Shown: piece by piece, positions 56,345 to 64,000 of the stretch
Position numbering within the stretch: the stretch's first letter is position 1
Layout of the letters: the number at the start of each line of letters is the position of its first letter
DNA from: Antedon mediterranea
Lineage: Eukaryota; Animalia; Echinodermata
Length of the DNA: 64,000 nt
Direction: 5' to 3'
Assembly (NCBI RefSeq): GCF_964355755.1
Contig: NC_092672.1
Location: 310,001 to 374,000 of the forward strand
Notes under the pieces: model-generated
What the model saw: the letters and a program-made list of their open reading frames with translations, nothing else
What the model was told of the DNA's origin: nothing
The model's database searches: none
Made by a program: the position numbers and the translations under genes

Positions 56345-59300
56345 GTATTGACATTTATTTTGAATTTTACTTTGAAAATATATTATGCAAACTATTGTAA
56401 CATATTTATCTTACTCTTCTTAATAGTTAATTTATGTTTCTTATTTAGACTTAGAGCAGAAAACTTACATAGATCGAATCAAAAACGGGATTTTTTTTTA
56501 TGTTAGTCCATCAATCGGCTTTCGATTTTGTTACGAGCTCAAATAGAATACGTTTGAGACGCCAAAATATTTTTCTTTTTATTCTTATATTCTTATTTCT
56601 TAATATTAAGTCAAAACTCCGTCTATCTAGACATCACCCAGTAGAACTAATATTAGCGGACATACGAGGTTTACTGCCGTACAGTATTGTACATTGTGTC
56701 TCGAATTATTAGAACTCACTATTTTGTTTCTAATACGTTTAGGTTATATGGTTCTTGCTACAGAACGGGACTACAACCGAATACTGTACTCGTGCTTAGA
56801 AACCGAGGACCAGCCTCTTAACATTAGTAGCAATGTTATTAACGTTCCTCAATATCCCATTGGACTAGCTTACGACCAAGTTACCAATTCAATATATTTT
56901 TCAAGCGCGACATATTCTAGAATATATCGGAGGAATCTGCTTGTGGAACAGCTCAACGATATTGACTCTTCTGAGTGTGAGTTACTTGTTCACTTTTTTT
57001 TTAAATTAATTTATCAATTTACTTACCGGTATGCTAGCTAATTTGAATTGGCTACAACTTGTTACAACTTTTGGGTCACTTAATATTATGGACACGAATA
57101 ATATCTGCAAAAGTTATTCACTTCCATAGAAAAAAACGAACAAAAGAATGATTTCACTTATAAAAAAACATTAAAAACATTTTCTGCTTTAAATTACAGT
57201 TTTTCGGGTTATTTTTTTTTTTGCTGATCCAATTTTTGGTCAAAGTGAATAACTATTATGTGACATTAAAATGGCATATTCAACCACATTGTTTGAGGGG
57301 AACAATCTTTTAAGCATTTAAAAAATTCATCGGGTAAAGGTAAAAAGAACCTTTTTTTAATCGTTCAGCTTTTTTTAGATAGGAATTTCATTCGCTATCT
57401 GAAAGGTTTTTTCTATTTGGAGCCAATGACTACGGTACCGAAAAACGTTCACTTGTGCTTACTTGTATAGTAAAACATTTGCATGACAGAAGGTCGGTCC
57501 TTGTTGTACAGTACGTTGGGTTCCTTCTAGAGTGTTGGTAATAAGACCTACAGATAACAGTTAGGGGGTAAATGGCAAAATCAGCACTGTGGTCATATTA
57601 CAAGAGTTGTCAAAACATTATAGACTATCGGTATCTCATAAAACTCCTAAAGTAGGAAGCCTTTTGCAATTTTTCCCTGATCGATAAGTAATTATTGCAT
57701 TGTTTTCCGCAGGTGCATCTTCAATGGATATTGATGACGTACAACGTAATCTCTACTACTTTGGGTATACTACAAAACAATTGCAGGTTTACCGAATAAA
57801 AACAGGGGTACACCAAACATTGATTACACTTAGTCAGCTTAAAGTATCTGACCTACAGTTCGATCGTCAAACAGGGTAAGTATTTGCCACTTTCTCGATG
57901 GAAGTATGTCGCTTAATGTATGTAAATTTGTATACTGCTTTGTTACCGGACTACATAATATGCGAAAGAAAAGAATAGCTGTATTGGCACAGATCATAAC
58001 ATTTTCTCTTGTATGTATTCATTTTTTATTGTACTTTCATAGGTACCTTTTTATGGCTGACCCAATGGATGGCTTATCACGTTTTAAAATCTCAACTTCA
58101 AAATATGATACTTTATTTTCAAGTAGAGGCGTAACTGGCTTGGGCTTGGGGTTAGATGGTAAGATAACAACATTATGGTAGGCCTACATTTATCTTACTC
58201 ATGCATGGTCATTTTACATGGTGAAATGCGTAAATTCATATAAGTACAGTATTTCGTAAACGGATTAAGTACAACAACTTATGTCTATTAACCATAAATT
58301 ATCAATATCTAATCGTGAATATATTTAACAACTATAAAAGTAGCATAGCATCCTCCACCGTATACCGTACCAACACAATAATTAACGATCATATTAATTA
58401 TTTTTAAAGTTTGGAACACAATAAATCGTTTTGTATCTTGCATTGTTCGTTTTATTGTACTTTAATGTCTAAATTGTTGGAGGCATCTTTAATGTTTACT
58501 TGTCTAAATTGTTGGAGGCATCTTTAATGTTTACTTGTCTAAATTGTTGGAGGCATCTTTAATGTTTACTTGTCTAAATTGTTGGAGGCATCTTTAATGT
58601 TTACTTGTCTAAATTGTTGGAGCCATCTTTATAAGTTTGAATTTATGTGACTTGCCCCAATAGCCTACTTATGAAACGCCATATGTGCCAAAATATTTAT
58701 ATGTTTACTAATATTAACTCCGTCTGGAACTCAGACTAGTTCATGTAGGACTATACTTTGATTTTAATTAATAATACATGTAGGAGGTCGACTCTATGGC
58801 ACCGATGATGTCAGCCAGGACGATGTCAGCCAGGACGATAACGTATTTTATTATGATACTTCTGTCTGGGCACCGAGGAACGTCATTCTGGATGATACCC
58901 AGCTCAATGAGCTAACCAATCCAATAGATGTGATTGTAATTGGTCAATACATTTATGTCCGTGCGCATGCTCATGATCATCTTATTCGAGCGGATCTTAA
59001 CGGAAATTTTCCACAGACCAATTATGGAGCAATTATAAAAACCTCAAACGAGGGAAAGTACGAAAGCCTCGTTGTGGTTAAATGTAAGCGGGTTTTGTTT
59101 TATTATTAGGCCTACGTAACTCGAAGTTTATTTTGAGAGGACACTCACTTTAAAAAACAAAATAGTTACAATATTGTTTATTATCTCTGTAAAATATGTA
59201 GGTCTAGTTTTCAGTGGATTTATGTAACTCTCCCCCCCCCCCCCGATGAGTTTGTGATGTTGTGTGGATTATTTGATATCTGAAACACTTACACTATCTG

Positions 59301-60037
59301 TTTTTATATTTTGTAAATTTATACAGTGGATCCTGCTCTCAGGATTTGTCAAGAAAACCAAGTTACGAATAGTAGGTCACAATCTCATCCATTCCGTCCA
59401 CAGTTGATACGAATAGAAAATGATCACAAACTTCTTCACGTCAAGTATGAATAAGTAGGCCTACATTCCCAATGAGCTTCTTTCTCTCTACTAAGTACGA
59501 ATATTGCAATTTTATATCAGGCAATCCACTGATAAATATGTTTCGTCTAGGTCCAACTTTTGTGTATACGTCCAAATCGGTGCCTACCTCGGACACTCCG
59601 CTAAACAGTCCAACACAAGGTACAGTATGCCTTATTAAAACAAATACAATATTTATTAGTTGTGGTAGAATCCTACTACAGTGCTAGGAAGGTATAAACA
59701 TGTACTATTATATCTTTCTGGTAGTAGGCCCACTTATGCATTTGACTTTCTCTCTATCTCTCCACTACGCCACCCTAAACTCACTGTATAGGTTCAACTG
59801 CGTACTAATCATCAGAATCAATGGTAATTCCGAGAACTATCGCAACACAAGGTACGACACAATACATAAAAGCTAGCGGCATTATTCCTTACCAAAGCTA
59901 TTATAATAGATCATTTTAATACAGTTTCAAAGTAAATCTTGGTATTAATAGCTCTTCTCTCTCACTTGGTATAGGTCCAACTTTTGCGTACACATCATTA
60001 GAATCAATGGTAACTTCGAGAACTAGCACAACACAAG
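56281..60037 (+). CDS. Multi-exon gene: signal peptide, degenerate YWTD/LDLR class B-like beta-propeller, S/T-rich stalk (3' end uncertain)
   Basis: Seven phase-consistent AG/GT exons give an open frame of ~330 aa, followed by duplicated stalk exons; motifs PIGLAYDQVTNSIYFS, MDIDDVQRNLYY, LQFDRQTGYLFMAD, LGLDGGRLYGTD. Confidence 0.75.
56743..56976 (+). CDS. Gene 2 exon 2: propeller repeats
   Basis: gtttag| ... |gtgagt; 234 nt; phase 1-1; YPIGLAYDQVTNSIYFSSATYSRIYRRNL. Confidence 0.8.
57713..57875 (+). CDS. Gene 2 exon 3: propeller repeats
   Basis: ccgcag| ... |gtaagt; 163 nt; phase 1-2; ASSMDIDDVQRNLYYFGYTTKQLQVYRI...DLQFDRQTG. Confidence 0.8.
58043..58158 (+). CDS. Gene 2 exon 4: propeller repeats
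   Basis: tcatag| ... |gtaaga; 116 nt; phase 2-1; YLFMADPMDGLSRFKI...GVTGLGLGLD. Confidence 0.8.
58466..58631. repeat. Tandem repeat, 35-bp unit x~4.7
   Basis: TGTCTAAATTGTTGGAGGCATCTTTAATGTTTACT repeated. Confidence 0.93.
58784..59083 (+). CDS. Gene 2 exon 5: propeller repeats
   Basis: atgtag| ... |gtaagc; 300 nt open frame; phase 1-1; GRLYGTD...NPIDVIVIGQYIYV...LIRADLNG. Confidence 0.78.
59327..59371 (+). CDS. Gene 2 exon 6: 45-nt linker (LDPALRICQENQVTN)
   Basis: atacag| ... |gtaggt; phase 1-1. Confidence 0.6.
59551..59619 (+). CDS. Gene 2 S/T-rich micro-exon A (PTFVYTSKSVPTSDTPLNSPTQ)
   Basis: gtctag| ... |gtacag; 69 nt; phase 1-1. Confidence 0.65.
59792..59851 (+). pseudogene. Gene 2 S/T-rich micro-exon B with in-frame TAA (59806-59808)
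   Basis: Paralog of exons A and C with intact AG/GT; the codon aligned to ACA/ACG (Thr) in the sister exons is TAA. Confidence 0.6.
59975..60037 (+). CDS. Gene 2 S/T-rich micro-exon C (GPTFAYTSLESMVTSRTSTTQ)
   Basis: gtatag| ... |gtacga; 63 nt; phase 1-1. Confidence 0.6.
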
Positions 60038-60322
60038 GTACGACACAATACCAGTTATACAAGTATTAGGTACTTAAGTACTATTTGACTTTAAATATAG
60101 GCATGACGGAATTACCTTATTCCTCCAAAGGCTATAGATCATATTAATATTACAGTTTATAAGCTATGGATAAACGATTGAATACTGTTGGCGCACCCGT
60201 CGACAGGAGAGGAGATGGAAGTTGCTGTATGTGTACATCTGATCCACCGCAGACCTTTAAGCATAATTATTCCAAAGGATAATCTATTTATAAATACTTT
60301 TGTCTCTTTCTCTCTGGTATTA

Positions 60323-60386
60323 TATCCAACTTGTGTGTACACATCATCAGACTCAATGGTAACTTCGAGAACTAGCACAACACAGA
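60323..60386 (+). pseudogene. Gene 2 S/T-rich micro-exon D relic (acceptor AG lost)
   Basis: CCAACTTGTGTGTACACATCATCAGACTCAATGGTAACTTCGAGAACTAGCACAACACA matches exon C, but upstream reads GGTATTATAT instead of GGTATAG|GT. Confidence 0.55.
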
Positions 60387-60434
60387 GTACGTCACAGAGT
60401 ACGTCACATTGTACCAGTTACGCTTAGGACTTAA

Positions 60435-63400
60435 GAGCCATTGTCTGTAAAAATCAAAGATTTGGTGGCAGATGTAAAAATATGGATTTCTCTCAATTTT
60501 TTACCATGAATAGACATTTCAATAAAAAGCATATCTACAACATTCATTTTAATTTTTAGCCTCCGTTGCCATGACAACGGTCAATTATCCAAATTTTGAT
60601 GTTTTTGCCATTTTTCACAGATTTTCTATAGTGAAAAAGTACAAACTTGTATACTTATTCTAACCAAAAATACTTACAGTATACAGTTTTTGTTTATAGC
60701 AGTATAAACAACATGTATTGAGTTCCATTTAATGTAGAAAAAAAATAAATTACAAAATGGAGTTTGGTTGATACCATTATTTTAAAAAGGGGTGTTTTTA
60801 AAAAATATTTTTTTTATAAAAGTATACCTCATAAACGTACCTATAACTTCCAAAGTGGTGTTTTTAAATCAATGAGGTTTTTTAATTTGATAGTCAATAG
60901 GTTTGTCAACAATAATCACGAAAAAAACACTGGGGTAAATTTTGTACATAGGTTTTGTGTTGCCAGGAAAATACGAAAAATACAAAAAATATAACAAAAT
61001 ATCAACAAACAAAACACATGAAACACAATTTAAATATGGCTAATTCAATAATAAAATGTATATATGGCTTGTCATAATGCTACTAGAGTCATACGAATAG
61101 TTTAGATAAAATAGGAGAATGTGTTGCCAGGTTTATTTCAATTAATTGCCAGAAAAACAGTATTTTGCATTGAAATATTTAGTTGATGGAAAATAATGTT
61201 AAACTTGGAAATAATTGAGTCAATGGTTTTTATAAATTTTTAAATCTATTTTGTGTAAAGAGATACAAAGACCTCCCAAAAAATCTGACCTTGTAAATAG
61301 GTCATTTGAGGTCAAAAGGGGTCAGAATGCAAAACAGGACAGGTCCCCACTTTACTACAACTATTAATGTTTGATCAAAATTTACAAGATAGTTCATAAC
61401 AATTCTCAACAATTTTTATATTTTACCTATAGTGTTACCTTAGCAACCATTTCTATGTGTAACTAAGGAAAGTAATTTTTAAAAAAACGTAAAAAATGGC
61501 GTTTTTATAAATACAAAGAATTGATTGCATTTGTAATTTTTCCCAATTTGACTTCTACTGCATTCCATTAATGACAAACTTGACCTTGTAAATTCATTCA
61601 TTTTGAGGTCAACATTTTACCATAGTAACTGTTTCTATGCGAACATTTAAAAAAAATAAGGGGTTTTTCATAAATACAAAACATTTTTTCTACATAGTTT
61701 TACATTTCTACTTTTTGCCAAATTTACTTTAAATACTGAATCCTAATAATCTCAGAAAGAAAGTCTTGACGAATCTGAATAAAGGTAAAAAAGCGTTTAG
61801 TGTTATCTTAAACCTGTTTACGTAACAAATGATATTTAAATATGGAGTTTCATGAAAAAAAAAAAAATTTACATATTGAGGTAAAATGACATCAACGTTT
61901 TACCTATAGTGTATTGTAGCAACTGTTTCTATACGTAACTAAGTACAATATTTTTAATATGGGGTTTCATGACTACAAACAATTGAATACATAGCTTTAC
62001 TAACTTCCCAAATTTGCTTATCTACTGAATCCCAGAAAATGTCTGACCTTGTGAAAGGGTCATTTGTTGGGTCAAGTTATGTCAAAATGTATTATTTATG
62101 TTATCTTAGAACCTGTTTCTATGCGTAACTAAGGATAATTGTTTTTTTAAATACAGTTGAACCTCCCGTAAGTGGCCACCCTCGGGACCTGGAAAAGTGG
62201 CCGCTTACGGGCGGTGACCCCTTACGGGAGGTTCTGCCGATAAAGGGCCAAAATCACTTATTATGGCTATATACGATATTCTTAACGAAACGAGCGTCTC
62301 AATTTTCCAGCTAATTGTAGGCCTATTATTATTTATAATCAGGTGGTTTAGTATTTTTTAGCATTTTCAGACAAATTTTAAAAACTTTTATCATATGAAA
62401 AATGGTCGGTCAAAATCTGTGTAGTTTTCTCATCTCTTCACAGTAATGTTTTTAAAACCTCTTCAAAATAAAGCTAATATATAAAGAAATACAATAAACA
62501 TGCACCTCTAATTCATAGGTCCATGCAATAAGTATCACATTTTTCGATTGGCCGCTTACAAAAAATCTCATTTTTAGTATAAAAAGGTGCCCGCAGCTGC
62601 TTACGGTAAGCACCAAATGCACTAATTAGATAGGAAGAACAAACAGGCTTTTCAAAGTGCGTCCGTTAAGGGAGGTGGCCGCTGTAAATAAAATATGGGG
62701 TTTTCATGAATAAAAATAATCACAGAAGAAAGTGCTTACGAATATGACCTTGTGAAACGGTAATTTGAAAATGCAAATAAGGCATGCCTGCTAATAATCT
62801 ACAAATTTAAATTTGTATGAGATAAATATGCAAAATCTAAAGAATATCTCATTTTTAGTTACCATAGTAACTGTTGCTATGCATAACTAAGGGAAATTAA
62901 ATAATTATCAGATAATTATTAATTAATAATTAATAATGAATCCAACCATCACAGTAAAAAAAATATAGAATTTAAAACCAATATTTAATAATAAAGTGTG
63001 ATATTTTACATGCTGACCTTAAATGAAATGAAATTTCAAATCAGGGCTTCAATATTTGTTATGTAGCATTAACATACCTGAGTATATCATTGACTTTTGA
63101 TTGGTTCTATTTTGGGGAGGGGAAAGTGGTGGATCAAGGACTTTTAAATAGTTAGGTGGTTGAAGGCGAGGGTCTAAAAACTTAACTTTATGTCCTATCT
63201 TTTGCATTGCAATTTTTAACTTGGGGTGGGTGGGGGCTTGGAGAAAGGGGGAGGGGTGGGATGGAGTGGGATGGAGGAGTTTGAATCCGTCTATTCATTG
63301 GGGCGATGGTAGCGGCAGTGTGGGTGGTGCTTGAATGCATGCATTTGACACTCTATAGTGGATGATCGACCAAAGTGTTGCAGTTTATCTTTTTGTGGTT

Positions 63401-64000
63401 ATAGTCGGGGTGGGGGGGGAGGGGTGGTAGTCGAAAGTGGTGGTGGATGGGCATGTGGGATCTGCTTAGGTTAGCAAATAAAAGAAGTAAACAAATGAAA
63501 GAGGAGCTTCAAAATAAGAGAGGAGTAATCTGTTGCAAAGATTAAAATTCACAACGATCTGATAATTTATTCAAATTTCCAGAGGATATAACCTATAAAA
63601 TGACATTAAAACTGGGAATTACAGAATCTATAATTAAAAATTAATTTTTTTTCTCACAACACAACTAGAACTATATAAAACATTAAGAATTTTTCTGACC
63701 AATGAGTTTCAAATCAAATAATCAAAGAAAATAAAATGTTTTTACTAATATACCATGTTTTTTTTTTTATAAAAATGCCTATGTTTCTCGCAACACTGCT
63801 TGTAGATTTTAAATTTACCCCAGTATTTTATTTTAGAAATCAATTATTAAACATTAGAACTACCTATTTGTAATAAATCAGCTAAAAAAATACACCACTT
63901 TGGGCGTTATGGTGAAGTAAAGTTTAGTTGCATTGAACAATTTAAAAAAAGTGAAAAACACCCCTTTTTAAATAAATGGTATCTCCCAAAATATAAAATA
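60435..64000. mobile_element. Large long-TIR non-autonomous DNA transposon (possibly Kolobok-like), continuing past the window end
   Basis: Begins after TTAA (60431-60434). Segment ~60770-60970 is the imperfect reverse complement of ~63780-63980 (ACCATTATTTTAAAAAGGGGTGTTTTT / AAAAACACCCCTTTTTAAATAAATGGT; CTGGGGTAAATTT / AAATTTACCCCAG). Internal subrepeats TGACCTTGT and AACTGTTTCTATGC. Right end not visible. Confidence 0.6.
62154..62684. mobile_element. Tc1/pogo-like MITE nested in the large element
   Basis: TA|CAGTTGAACCTCCCGTAAGTGGCCACC ... GGGAGGTGGCCGCTG|TA; repeated GGCCGCTTACGG subterminal motifs; right TIR internally deleted. Confidence 0.75.

Overview
This is AT-rich animal genomic DNA, probably from a non-vertebrate metazoan; the species cannot be determined from the sequence alone. 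The window holds the 3' part of an Eph receptor tyrosine kinase gene on the + strand. It has 13 phase-consistent coding exons from 37807 to 52811 (Cys-rich/EGF-like, 2x FN3, TM, juxtamembrane, kinase, SAM, C-terminal ETLV) plus a candidate 57-nt juxtamembrane cassette exon. The signal-peptide and ligand-binding exons are not in the window, so 1-37806 appears to be one very large intron. Downstream (56281 to about 60386, +) is a second multi-exon gene that the ORF track mostly misses: signal peptide, degenerate YWTD/LDLR-B-like beta-propeller, then an S/T-rich stalk of duplicated micro-exons, some of them decaying. The non-coding DNA contains many non-autonomous DNA transposons (Harbinger-, piggyBac-, Tc1/pogo-, Academ-, Crypton- and Kolobok-like), a tRNA-derived SINE, a five-copy ~70-nt repeat always in the same orientation, and many locally derived 28-64-bp tandem arrays. 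I found no CRISPR array, rRNA, intact tRNA or intact transposase. I cannot support a clearly new biological system; the best leads are listed as findings.
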